A program made the position numbers and the translations under genes. Source: Lytechinus pictus (lineage: Eukaryota). Taken from it: a stretch of 60,000 bases of DNA. This document shows positions 12,064-24,500 of this stretch, piece by piece; the first letter of the stretch is position 1, and every line of letters begins with the position of its first letter. The notes beneath the pieces were generated by a model. The model saw only the letters and a list, made by a program, of their open reading frames with translations. It was not told the DNA's origin and searched no databases. The stretch is from assembly GCF_037042905.1 (NCBI RefSeq), contig NC_087251.1, forward strand, positions 9,798,001-9,858,000. Direction: 5' to 3'.

Positions 12064-14744
12064 TAAAAAAAATGAACACAGAAACATGTTATGTGAATTT
12101 GGACGTTTAAAGTGCAAATATGTGTGCCGATAAATGAAATAGAAAATGGTATTTTACGCGAAATTAAACGATCAGTTCGTCGTCGCGAAATTAAATGACA
12201 CCTTTGGGCCATTGATTTTAACAAATTTCTCTCTAAATTGAATTTCTACAAAATTCAAAGGAATGATATAGAACGGTATTGAATGCTGAATAAATGAAAA
12301 CGAACCATGTGTGCAGAGGGTGGACGAAATATTTCGAATTTGAATGTCCATTCATTAATATAAATGCAACTCTGATGAAATTGGACGGGAAAACCTGTAG
12401 TATGCATGTGATTATGCATAAAATTAGTACATTGGCTCACTGAAAACTCGTATTCAATAATTTGTGTGGATAAGATAGAATTGTAGGTAGAACAGCCAGT
12501 TCTCAAATATTACCATTATTTGAGGCTTCAGAGAAGACCTGCATTACCTGTTAAAGGGGTATAGTTCACCCTGACGAAAAGTTTATTGAAAATTAAAAGA
12601 AAAAAATAATAAATAATGATATATGTGAAGGTTGGAGGAAAATTCAAAAAATGATTAAAATAAGTTATGAGAATTTCATTTTGTTTATTTCTTTTTAAAT
12701 CATATGCGAGCAGCTTCCCTATATATTGTGTAGTAACAAAATCAATGAAGTGTAGTTTTTGTCAAACAAGGGGAAAATGTTTTCATTTTTCCTACATTAT
12801 ATCAATAGAAAAATCATTTCACACCCGCTCCTGAATGAAATATTTTTTTAGTTATCATGAATCAATAAAACATTAACATTTATGCATTTTATATAACATA
12901 CCATGGGACACCTTCTCGTATAATTATTTTCTTAATCTTTGATTGATTTTTTTCCTCAAATTTTTACCAATAGTTTTTATTGCTTTTTATGATATTTTGC
13001 TACAAAATTTCCATCAGTGTGAACTTCTCTGGGTATTTTTCATGATAGTCATTGGGGATGCAACGTTGTGTATGTTGTAGTTGTATTAATTTTGATGGTG
13101 ATGTTGTATTTATTTTTGCAACATGTCCGATAGTCGAATAATATAGTGACATTGTTTACTCGTTGCAATAGTGTGGGAATGTTCCCCAAATTATCTAAAT
13201 AATGACCATCACACTGTAATAACGTTAAACTAGTTAAAATGATTCTTATATTTTAAATTGTTGCCTATAATGTAATACAATGTGTCACTTTATTGTCAGG
13301 TATGTGTCTTTAGAATTGCCAGAATAATAGTACAGAGCAGAAATTAACGAGTCGGATTTTGGTTTTAAAAAAAATCAGTGTGTTGTTTGTATTATCTTAT
13401 ACTTTATCTGCTCAAATCATATTGTTTTCATCATGGATTGCCCCTTTAACAACTTTTTTAAGAGTACCGAAGTGATGACGTGACAACCCCCTTTTTTGCA
13501 TTTCAGAATTTTTGATAGAGCATGATGAAATACCTCCACTACCAACATTTGGTGCAAATCGGTCCGTGGGGGCCCGCCCCCCCCCCCCCTATTGGCGGAG
13601 AAAAAAATGCAAGAAAAAAAGTGGAAAAGAAAGAAAAATAAAAAAGAAGGGAAAAGAGAGAAACATAAGATGAGAAAGACGAGGGAATAAAATAAGGGCA
13701 AGACTTGGAAAATAATTTTTAAAATCTTTCATGTCACTATATAAAATTTTCGCTCGCGCTTCGCGCTCGCATTGCATTTAGGTGATTTACATATCTTGCT
13801 CAATATGGAGCTTAAAATATCACATTTTAAAGTCAATATACAAAACATATTTCAGCTGAGAAATAGTTTGATTTTAAAAGTGCTCTGTAAAAATGTATAT
13901 GTTTTATGGTCTGTTTCTGCTTGCGCTGCGCCCTCGCAAAATTTGATTTGTCAGGTATACCTATTATTTCCCTGTATAAAGTTCTCAGAGTATCCCTATT
14001 CAGGTCAGATTGTCAAAGCATATCAGCTAGCGCTGCAGCTCGCATTTTGATTAGTGAGTTATGTATATCTCAATATTAATTCTATAACAAACTACTCAGT
14101 CAAAATCCCCATTTCATGACAGTTTTTTTAAAAAAATCGGCTCGCGATTTGCGCTCGCTTTGATTGTTGAAAATATATTAACTCATGCATCTTATTCATA
14201 ATTACAAAATTGCGTTAAATGTCCAGTTTTCAGGCCATAATATTAGCAGATACCGCGCTCTCATTAGGCTTATTAGATTAATAAATACGAAGTTAATTTA
14301 ATTATCAAATTGTCCTTTTTTCAGAATGGAATATTGACAAGTTTCATCTCGCGCTTAGGAAGAGAAACAGGAAGATAGTCATCATTTTCATATGATGACA
14401 TAATGTTCTTAGAATGTCCCGGTCCTATGTCAAAACTCAAAGTAACAATAATGAAACATATCAGCTCTTTAATTTTAACTGTGATCCATATCCACCTCAC
14501 AATTTTCCTACTAAGTGCTTGAAATACAGAGCTCAAATTGATCCTTTTTTCAGATCGGAATATCAAATATTTTGATTGCTTAATTGATTTTCATTGATTT
14601 TTCCGCTCGCGCTTCGCGCTCGTATCAATTGTTTAGTTATATACTTATCCTTTTCACAATTACAAAAAGTGCTTAGAATTTCCATTCTTCAGGAGGAAAT
14701 GTCAAAATGTCTCGCATTATTTGATTGTTGAAATATGGGTGACC

Positions 14745-15097
14745 CGACAATTGCTCCGCCGACATCTGCTCCGCCGACAATTGCTACGCAAAATAAGACA
14801 GTTGCTCCGCCGACTATTGCTCCGGACAATTGCTCCGCCGACAGTTGCTCCGTCGACACTTGCTCCGCCGATATGTGCTCCGTCGACACTTGCTCCGCCG
14901 ATATTTGCTCCGCCGATATTTGCTCCGCCGACATGTGCTCCGCCGACATCTGCTCCGCCGAAAATTGCTCCGCCGACAATTGCTCCGCCGATAATTGCTC
15001 CGCCGACATCTGCTCCGATTATACGACAATTGCTCCGCGACAATTGCTCCGCCGATATTTGCTCCGCCGACATCTGCTCCGATTATACGACAATTGC
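14745..15097 (+). repeat. 15-bp tandem repeat, left foldback arm
   Basis: About 23 units of (A)CAATTGCTCCGCCG variants. Confidence 0.95.
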
Positions 15098-15156
15098 ATG
15101 AACATCTTATTTCTCCAAGTTGGTCTATGTTAAATGATAAGAAATTCATCCTGATT

Positions 15157-15278
15157 CAGTGGCGTACCTAGGATTTTCCACAGGGGGGGCAAAACCGTCA
15201 GCCCCAAAATTTGACAACCCAAAAAAAAAAAGGTCTTTCATCACAAATAAAGGGTTTCGTTCCAGAAAAAATTTGACA

Positions 15279-15321
<43 letters not shown>

Positions 15322-15493
15322 TCTTCAAGCTCGTCAGGGGGGCATTAGAGGTCTTAAAGCTCGTCAGGGGGGGGGGCAAAAAAGGTTTTTCAAGTCCGTC
15401 AGGGGGGGCAAAGATACGTTTTTGCATGGGTTGTGACTCGTCAGGGGGGGCAGAGTGCCCCCCCTGCCCCCCCCCCCCGTAGGTACGCTAGTG
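15157..15493. mobile_element. hAT-like MITE nested in the foldback element
   Basis: CAGTGGCGTACCTA / TAGGTACGCTAGTG ends, 8-bp TSD TCCTGATT. Confidence 0.85.
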
Positions 15494-16618
15494 TCCTGAT
15501 TCAAATTGTTTTGGCGTTGTTTTGTTCTTGTTATTCGTTAATGTTTTATTTATTTTATTCTCCCCCTATCATCACAGCTTTCTGCTTAAAAAAACAAAAC
15601 AAATGTACTCCCTGCCGCTGCCACTTGACAAATTGTAACGGAGAAGGGGAATGACACACTCCCCATTGAAATTGTGAATCTGGATTTTTGTTCATATATT
15701 ATTATCATTGGTTTCACTCCGGTCTTGAGCGGGGAGAGAATGGGGGGGGGGGGTGCTGGACACAATATCTCTTCTGCTTTCCAGCAACTTATACACCATG
15801 CATTCGCGCGCGCTCTCTCTCTCTCTTTCTCGTTTTGTTCTTTCACGTTGTTTATTGTTATTGGTGACCGCTTGATTTATTGTATATTTATCAGTATTAT
15901 AATTATTAATATTTGTATCAATAATTGTTATTTACGTCTTCGGCCTTATCTACCCTTGCACTTTTTTTCCTTCAATTTGTTTCAAACGAAAGTATGATCA
16001 TCACTGGCGTACAGATGGGGGAGGGGCGTGCTAGGGGTCACGGATCCCCCCCATTTTCCCTACCAATGAAAAAAAAAGAATAAAGGAAAGGAAAATAAAT
16101 GTCATCCTTGTCTCGCCCCCTCCATTTTTTGTTGTTGGCTCATTACGCTACTGGTGAGTTACTATAAAACTAGACTTCGGTTGTATTTTTGTTCTATTCT
16201 GTGCAAAGCGACAATATAAATATATTATAATAAATGAATATATGTATGTATCTCTCTCATTACGTCTAAACAAATAATGTTATTTTTAAAAGACAATAAT
16301 ATATATACCAGCAATAATATAGTTACAAATTCATGAAACCCAATACGCATCTCACTGAATTTATAAAGCGAGCACAAAGCACGAGCTGTTATTGACATGG
16401 AAAGGGGACATTTATACGCCTTTTTTAAATTGTAAACATGAAGCATATCTCGGGGGGGGGGGATATCTCGTAAAAGAAATGAGAGCACGATGCGTTAATT
16501 TATTATTTTGGATATATTTACCAGATATACAATTCTATATATTTCTTTTTCTTTGTGTTATTTCTTTCGACAAACTGTAATTGAAGTATTGAAGAGTATA
16601 TAGGCTGTTATGCCTGCT

Positions 16619-17793
16619 CAGTGGCGTAACTACGGGGGGGCATGGGGGGGCACGTGCCCCCCCAATCGGCTGACCAAAAAAAAAAAAAAAAAAAAAAACG
16701 GGGAAAAGGAGAAAAAAGAGGGAGAAAGGAAGAAGAACGTAGTGGGAAAAAAGAAATTATTATTCGTTATAATGGTATATTATATTATAATCATATTATG
16801 TTATATTATATAGAAAACATTTTTTATCCTAACTTTATGAAACATTAATTGCTCAGGGCCTATGTTGTCATTGTTCCTGGTGCTCGCATTGTCTGTTTAA
16901 AGAGATACATGTATATAAACCTGTTGTACGAAAAACTCCCGTTTCAAGTCAATATACACCAAATATATTATTGTTTTATGCAGTCACGGTGACATATGCT
17001 TCTTTTTCATGACTACTTAAAGTGATTGCCCCATGTTAAGGTCTTAATATAAAATATTTCCTGTCCGTGATTACGTTCGCATCAGTGGATTGGTGATATA
17101 TGTCTGCTCTCCGTGAATTCCTAAAATCAGTCCTTAAAATGTCCCTTTTTCTAATCTGAATATCAAAAATGTTCAGCTTCGCGCTCGCATCATTTGGTTA
17201 GTTAAATACGTATGGTCTTAGTGAATTCCTACAAACAAGCTATAGAATGCCCCTCTTCAGGTCTGTATTTCCTAAATTTTCAGCTCGCGCTTCGCGCTCG
17301 CAATATCTGATTAGTGAGATGCGTATGTTATTCATGATTACAATGAGTACAAGTGCTTCATAAGTGTTTAAATGTAATTCTATCAAAATCAGCAAGCGCT
17401 TGACATTGGCATTAGATGACTACGGTGAGATATGTATACTATTAAGGGATTATTCCTATAATATAGTCATTAAGATCTCCCTGTTTGGGGTCAATGTATA
17501 AAAAAATTTAGGCTCGCGCTTCGCGCTCGCATTGTTTAGCGAGACAGGTACGTATCATGATTACAAAGTCGATTATAATGTCCCTTTTTAGGTCTGAATA
17601 TCAAAAATTTTAAGCTCGCGCTTCGCGCTCGCATTATTTGACCAGTGAGAGACATATCCGTTTAATGGCACTGTCCTTAAAATGTCTCTATTAGGTCAGT
17701 ATACCTGGCAACTGGGCGCGCTTCGCGCGCTCACTAAGTGACTCAAAATTTTTGCTGGTGCCCCCCAATGCCGTGACCCACGGTACGCCACTG
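16619..17793. mobile_element. hAT-like non-autonomous element nested in the foldback element
   Basis: CAGTGGCGTA / TACGCCACTG ends, 8-bp TSD TGCCTGCT. Its 3' end recurs at 34688-34741. Confidence 0.88.
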
Positions 17794-19522
17794 TGCCTGC
17801 TGATCATGATAGAATGTGGATTATTTTGCTGATTCATTAGATCTTAACATGTGTTCTTTAAATTGGGTAATTTGGGTACATGTTAGAAACACAGGCATTG
17901 TGCATTCAGATGCACATTATGGAAATGAGATTCAGTATTCCTTGCAGCTAAGAAAGGTTTTGAAAATGACACTACTCTCAATTACATGTATACTGTGTCC
18001 ATAGTTGCGAGTGTGTGAAAATGAAGGTGTTTGCAGTCATTAAAGTGTAGTTTTGGTTGGAAAACGTTAATAAAACTGTCGAGAACGTACAGTCTTCATG
18101 ATTTCATTTATCTCATGTTCTGATCAGTAAATCAAATAAAAAATTAGAATGACAAGAACTTGTTAAGTTTATCCTTCTATTTCAATCCCATGAATAAACA
18201 GAAATCGCGATATTCAGAAATAATAAGTCATACACCTCCTTTTTTCCTCAAGCTCTCACTCACTCCCCCTCTTTCTCTCTCTCTCTCTCTCTCTCTCTTT
18301 CCCTCCATAACCCTTTTCACAATAATTTTTGTTTGATTTCCGCATAAGCAAAACGACGACGACAATGATAATGATGGTGATGATGAAGATGCTGATAATG
18401 ATGCTAATGATGATAATGGTGGTACAATGATAATGATAATAAGTACATGAACACACGTTTTCTTCTCATATAGTTCATTCTTGGAAAATAGGCGGCCATA
18501 TACACATGAAGGTATATCATTTATAGAAGAAAATCTTGTTTGATTGATTTTTTTTTTTTTTTGAAACTACGTGTAAAATTATATCCCCCATCAACAACAA
18601 ATTGTTACTTACATTATAACATCATAATGAATATAATTCGACTATTGGCGGACCATATTTAGATTTAGATTAAGATTTATTCATTTTCCGTTCACAAAGC
18701 ACAACAAAATCAAAGTAACAATACATAGTCAAATTTAAAGTACAATATCAATCGGTATAATGCATAAGAATTAAAACGTATAAACAATGAGAACTAATGC
18801 GAACTAAAGTAACCTTGACTAATAACTATACAAAACAGAACATATGGATTTCATTTTTGGATTATTAAAAAAAAAATAATTATCCTTTTTCTATCAGTGA
18901 AGAAAACAATCATGATCAACATAAAACAAAAAAGCAACTCACTATTATATACAGTATTATCATAATCTAAAAACCTACGGTGTGTATGACATGATGTGGA
19001 TGTGGAGACCAGACTGAGAGCACTGTGTGTACGAGAGGATATGGAAACCAGAGTGGAGGGGTGTGCCGAGAAGGTGACACGACATGTAGCCTTTCACAAG
19101 TTGGTATTTTCTTGAATATTAATTTTTACTTACTGAATGTCTTGGTCATGTTTGTATGGCACAAAATTTGCCGACAGTAAACATTTTGCGTGACTACAGT
19201 ACAGGTTTTCGACAAAATAAGGTGGGGTATACCGTTGAATTTCACCTGGAGCAAATGTCTCCACTTCGGAGCACATTTCGCCAGTCTGAGCGATTTTGAC
19301 GCTAAGAATGGGGTATGTCTAATTTGTTTCTACTGTTATAACATGGAGCTATATGGTTATAATAATTACATGAAAACGCGTTTTTTTTTCTTCATTTTAA
19401 TCGCCAGGCACGTAATAAAACTTACACAAATGCCCCCCCCCCCCACCATGAATAAGCATTAAGAATATCTATCCCTCCTTTGTGCTTACCCCTTTTTTCT
19501 ATTTCTTTCTATATGCATGTAT

Positions 19523-19673
19523 CAGGGGCCGCGGAGCCGGGGGGCTTTAGCCCCCCAATTTTCCAAAGCCGTGTACAAAAAACGTAAGAATGACCATATG
19601 ATTATGATTTTTAGCATGGACAGCCCCCACTTTTGACTCAGCCCTCACTTTGAAAACCGTTCCGCGGCCCCTG
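19523..19673. mobile_element. Small hAT-like MITE
   Basis: CAGGGGCCGCGGA / TCCGCGGCCCCTG ends, tgtat on both flanks. Confidence 0.7.
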
Positions 19674-19815
19674 TGTATGACATTTAATATATCATGCAAG
19701 CATAGTTTAAGTTTACTTTGTAAATTCATGGAGCTATGCTCCATGGTAAATTGACGCCTTCAGCCTGTGCTAAAATTGTTATGCGTATGAAAGTACGAAT
19801 AAAAAAAAAAATAAT

Positions 19816-20106
19816 AATTGTCGCATTATCGGAGCAATTTACGGCGGAGCAGATGTCGGCGGAGCAATTATCGGCGGAGCAATTGTCGTATAATCGGAGC
19901 AGATGTCGGCGGAGCAGATGTCGGCGGAGCAAATATCGGCGGAGCAAATATCGGCGGAGCAAGTGTCGACGGAGCACATATCGGCGGAGCAAGTGTCGAC
20001 GGAGCAACTGTCGGCGGAGCAACTGTCCGGAGCAATTGTCGGCGGAGCAGTTGTCGTATTTTGCGTAGCAATTGTCGGCGGAGCAAATGTCGGCGGAGCA
20101 ATTGTC
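19816..20106 (-). repeat. 15-bp tandem repeat, right foldback arm
   Basis: About 19 units of CGGCGGAGCAATTGT variants. Confidence 0.95.
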
Positions 20107-21393
20107 ATGGAACCGAAATATGTAACGTCTTCATGGCTAACTGCAAGCAGCCATTAACAGATCCTTTTTTGGATCAGATCAAAACGTATATTAAAATTTT
20201 CTGCTCGCGCTTGCAGTAATTATTTAGTTGGATACACATCTCGTTTAGGATCACAAACATTTCCCATGCAGAATGCCGGGCAGAATGTCTTAATTTTAGG
20301 ACAAAATACATGAAATAAAGAAATAGCTCGCGCTTGCACTACTTAAATAAGACTTATGAGATTATTATATTTATGTTGATTTATAAGAATAGAGATTAGA
20401 AGCTACTATTAGGACTACCCCTTCAAAGAAACCAACTTCGAGCGGCCGATCGGAGAAAATGTGGCTGAAAACAAAATTCCGCTCCCCCCCCCCCCATTGG
20501 CGAAGGCTGGATCCGCCCCTGGGCCTGAGATATGACCTCATGAATAGGCCTAGAATAATTAGCCCCATTGGAGTCAATTATTATTGGCCTGGTCCCTAAC
20601 TTTTAGAACCAGGGGCTAATTATGTATTCATGAGTTCATATCTCAGGCCCCCCTGGACCGATTCGCACCAAATTTTGGTAGTGGGGGTATTATGCTCTAC
20701 CAAAATATGGTATCAACAATTCTGAAATGCAAAATTGAAAAAATGATGACGTCACGCTTCAGTACTCCATTCAAAATCATATGAACTTGTATTATTTCCA
20801 AAGGTCTTTATTGAATAAAATAGCGATTCTGCGGGGTGCTTAAGGGGGGGGGGGGGGGTCATTGGTCACCTCGGCCATTTAGGAAGCAACTCTCCAAAAA
20901 ATTCATGAGATGCAAAAAGAATTAATAAATAAACAAATTTTTTAAAAATCTATCGAAGGGGGGTGCCATACAGGTACACCAGCGGCCGGAAGTTCGTCTT
21001 TCACAAACCTCCATAAAAAGTTGAAATGTGAACTCATGCTTTATCACAGAGGTATTATGGTTTTGTTTCAATCCAATTTATAAAAAGCGCGTTGAAATCC
21101 TTGTTAGAAGGGTTAGATATAATTAAATACAACAATATTTTTACTGGTACTGTTTTTTATTATTAGCAGCATCATTTTCCCCCCAAAAAGGGGGACATAT
21201 CCTTATAATTGACATTGTTCACTAAATTATGAATGAATAATTTAATTTAAGGTGTCATTCGAAAGGAGAGATATTAGAACATCCTTCAACATTTTAAGAA
21301 ATCTGAATTTTATAAAAATTTACATGAAATGTTGATTTTTTTTTCTCCAAAACTGCAACTTTTTTTCCTCGCCGATGAATTTGGCTAGCTAGG

Positions 21394-21434
21394 TCGACGT
21401 CACAGAGGGCGACCTTGGATAATCCTCTTTCTCT
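21394..21434 (+). promoter_or_regulatory. RPS29 core promoter: TCT/5'TOP polypyrimidine initiator (CCTCTTTCTCT) with upstream GACGTCA (CRE-like)
   Basis: Pyrimidine tract at 21424-21434, about 20 nt before the ATG, typical of ribosomal protein genes. Confidence 0.8.
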
Positions 21435-21449
21435 GTGCGATCCGCCATC

Positions 21450-21511
21450 ATGGGTTTCCAGAATATTTGGTACTCGCATCCAAGGAAATATGGACCCGGT
21501 TCTCGCTGTTG
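21450..21511 (+). CDS. RPS29: RPS29 coding exon 1
   Basis: [20 protein letters not shown] + TG, donor gtaatg at 21512. Confidence 0.95.
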
Positions 21512-24500
21512 GTAATGACCTTACTCGATAATAATTAGAGATGTTTGAATTGTGATTATTTTTGGTGGTGCATTTTCTATGGAAATATTACCATTATGGG
21601 AGAAATAGGGGATAAATAGGTTGCATGTTGCCGTGCACAGTGAACGAATGGCTCGCGGGAAAGCGGCGTGTTGAGTTCGAGTGTGCGCATGACATGTGTC
21701 TGAATGAAATTTCGATCGTGTGTGCAATGCATGTGTGGTCGGACACGGTCTGTGCACAGGAGAGTGATAGTAGTCACGGGCATATTATAATGCATGCATG
21801 CCAATCATGCCTTACAAAGTTACATGTCGGCATGTTGGCGAAATAGACTGGGACCTGGGTTAGTAGAGGGGTTCTTACAGAAATCGAAAAGGAAACGGGC
21901 ATTAGGCCTGACTTGAAATGGATATTTCAATATTCGGATACCCGACAATGAAAACCGGACGGCGGACTGCTCGACTGGTGGTATCCGAAATTTTACCCTG
22001 ATATAATTATGAAAAATAGTATCCATGATTTGCACTTATTTGAGTTATATTTAAGATTTTCAGTTATATTTGAGTTTTGAACCTATCCGATGATGGCGAG
22101 TCAGCGTGCGCTAATTAAAATATTTCTGAAAACCACGAAATTACGAGAAGCTGAATATTTTGGGTTGAATCGGATTTGACTAATGTGAGTTAGCGTGAGG
22201 CTACTGCTACAAATGTAGATCGTACATGTATGACTGTGTAAGCTATTGTATTAGGGAGTTCGGTGACTTTTTGAAATATTGAAGAATCCCAACAAATTTG
22301 ATGTCATTGGAAAGCTTGTGAAAAAAGAAAAATAATGGTGCTTCAATTAACTCATTGTCTGATATATTGACGGAGATATTACAATTTACAGGGGAAAATA
22401 TGCAGATTTTGTTCTGTCAAAAAAAATATTTAAGGCTTGTTTGAGTGGGGGAGATGGTTGCTATTTGAAATCTTGAAGGAATCCCAACAAATTTGGTACC
22501 ATTGGAAAGCTTGTGAAATAAGAAAAAGAATGGTGCATAAATCAACTCATGATGTCAAATATTGACAGAGATATTTCTGTTTAAACAGGAGAATGTGCAG
22601 ATTTTTTTTACAGCAGAAAGTAGATTTTCATAACTTACACAAAATGCAATGAATGGGACTGTGTAATACTTTTTTTTTTAAGTGCAATGCGCTGCTATGC
22701 GGGGCAAAGCATGCCCTTGAATTATACATCATTTTATTCATAAAACTTCAAAGTTTCTCATGGTATAGGTTTCTATAGGGTTTTTCCTCCTTTAATGGCT
22801 TCATATTTGTTTTATACATGGGTGCTCAGACAGATACAAATTCTGAAAGTGGCATTTTCACAGAACTCCCTACTATTAGTAAATGACTATTATTTGAGTT
22901 ATACAAGTCGGGCCTAGTTACGATCCCATTTAATGGTTGCGAGAGTATGTGTGTTTACTTTTTAGTTCCGATCGAATGAAATAAGATGCAATGAATTTGA
23001 CCGAGGCGAGTGTAAGTGCGAGTCTACTAGCTCACGCACGTGCTGTCCTGTCTGGACGTGTCTGGAGTGAATCGTCCGATATATATTTGGTCACATTACA
23101 CTCGCTACACCTTCAAATGGGATCGTACTTGGAATATTTTCATTTTCATGTTGGGTTTCTCCCCATTCCCCAAATTATAGCCAAGCTTCTCATTTCTCAA
23201 CTTCTGAAACGTAATCACACTTCTAACAAAGATTCAAGACAAGATTTAATCACAGTAACAGTAACTAATCACTTACATTCATCACCAGTAAGTTTTACTG
23301 CAAAACACGTCGATTCACAACCGACCACATACTCGGCGGGCGCACATCATAAACCTTTCTGGCACGATACCGCCTTTTAAGTATTGTTGTTTACGTGATG
23401 ATGGATATCAAAATTTATAGTGGATATGCCATTTAAACTGAAATAAAGGAAAATGTGTGTTTTGTAATTTATATATTAAATATCAATTCAATCAAAAATA
23501 ATCATCTTCACTGGTAACCAAAGTTGCTGTGAGAAAAAGTAGAATTCATTTTGCATTTGATGAATAAATTACAAGAAACTACATGACACACCCGAGTAAC
23601 CCGATCAACATTTATTTGACGCTTAAAGGACAAGTCCACCCCAACAAAAACTTGATTTGAATAAATAGAGAAAAATCCAACAAGCATAACGCTAAAAAAT
23701 TCATCAAAATCGGATGTAAAATAAGAAAGTTATGACATTTTAAAGTTTCGCTCCATTTCACAAAACAGTTATATGCACATCTCGGTCGGTATGCAAATGA
23801 GGGAACTGATGACATCACTCACTCACTATTTCTTTTGTATTTTATTATATGAAATATGAAATATTTGGATTTTCTCGTCATTGTCATGTGAAATGAAGTT
23901 TCATTCCTCCCTTAACACGTGGAATTCCATTATTTTAACATTTTGTGGTTCAGGCAAGGAGGTCCTAATTGTCAAATTCGTAAAAATTGAAATATTGTAT
24001 AATTCAAACAATAAAAAACAAAAGAAATAGTGAGTGAGTGACATCATCGACTCTCTAATTTGGATGTAACTGGCTCGTTCATATAACTATTTTGTTAAAA
24101 ATAAGCGAAACTTTGAAATGTCAGAACTTTTTTATTTTACATCCGATTTTGATGAAATTTTCAGCATTGTGCTTGTCTGATTTTTCTCTATTGATTCAAA
24201 TCAACATTTTGTTGGGGTGGACTTGACCTTTAAATGGTTTCAAATTATCTTCATTCTTCACTCGCATTGAGAGTCGAGGTAAGAAAATATACGATGAGTT
24301 ACGCATTTGAAATCATCAAAACAAGACGGAAAAGAAAAACGATCTTAAGCGACACCATAGTAAAATCGCCATCGTTGTCAGAACGGAACTTTACTCCATT
24401 CATGGACGGTCATGCTCTAAAACTGATACAAGGTCATGTTTCAAAACTGATATAAAAACGATGGTTTTCGGCGGGAATATATTAACGAAGAAGATTAATT

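Larger units (their letters stand above)
9933..12397. mobile_element. TA-flanked TIR element (Tc1/mariner-like, non-autonomous), outer copy
   Basis: TIR (T/C)AGGTTTTCC(A/C)GTCCAATTTC at 9933 and 12397, interrupted by a second copy of itself. Confidence 0.75.
14738..20114. mobile_element. 5.4-kb TU-like foldback transposon with inverted arms of 15-bp tandem repeats
   Basis: Arms 14738-15097 and 19816-20114 of ACAATTGCTCCGCCG variants in inverted orientation, 8-bp TSD GAAATATG (14730-14737 and 20115-20122), GGT termini. Confidence 0.88.
13574..20521 (-). mobile_element. hAT-like element copy B (homologue of 2673-4454), split by the foldback insertion
   Basis: Reverse-complement homology to copy A on both sides of 14738-20114, ends in ctggatccgcccctg. 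Confidence 0.75.
13461..20768. mobile_element. Palindromic MITE (~0.36 kb when empty) forming the outermost layer of a nested cluster
   Basis: 13461-13573 is the inverted counterpart of 20646-20768, and 20522-20648 is itself self-inverted. Confidence 0.7.

Noticed and set aside
14745..15097. CRISPR-like array
   Set aside because: Contiguous 15-mers without unique spacers, eukaryotic context, no cas genes.
14689..15149. Overlapping pentapeptide-repeat ORFs (SAEQL, APPT, CSAD) here and at 19726-20219
   Set aside because: They are translations of the stop-poor 15-bp repeat arms in several frames, not genes.
22991..23380. 129-aa ORF in RPS29 intron 1
   Set aside because: No recognisable domain and no splice context. 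Likely a chance ORF.
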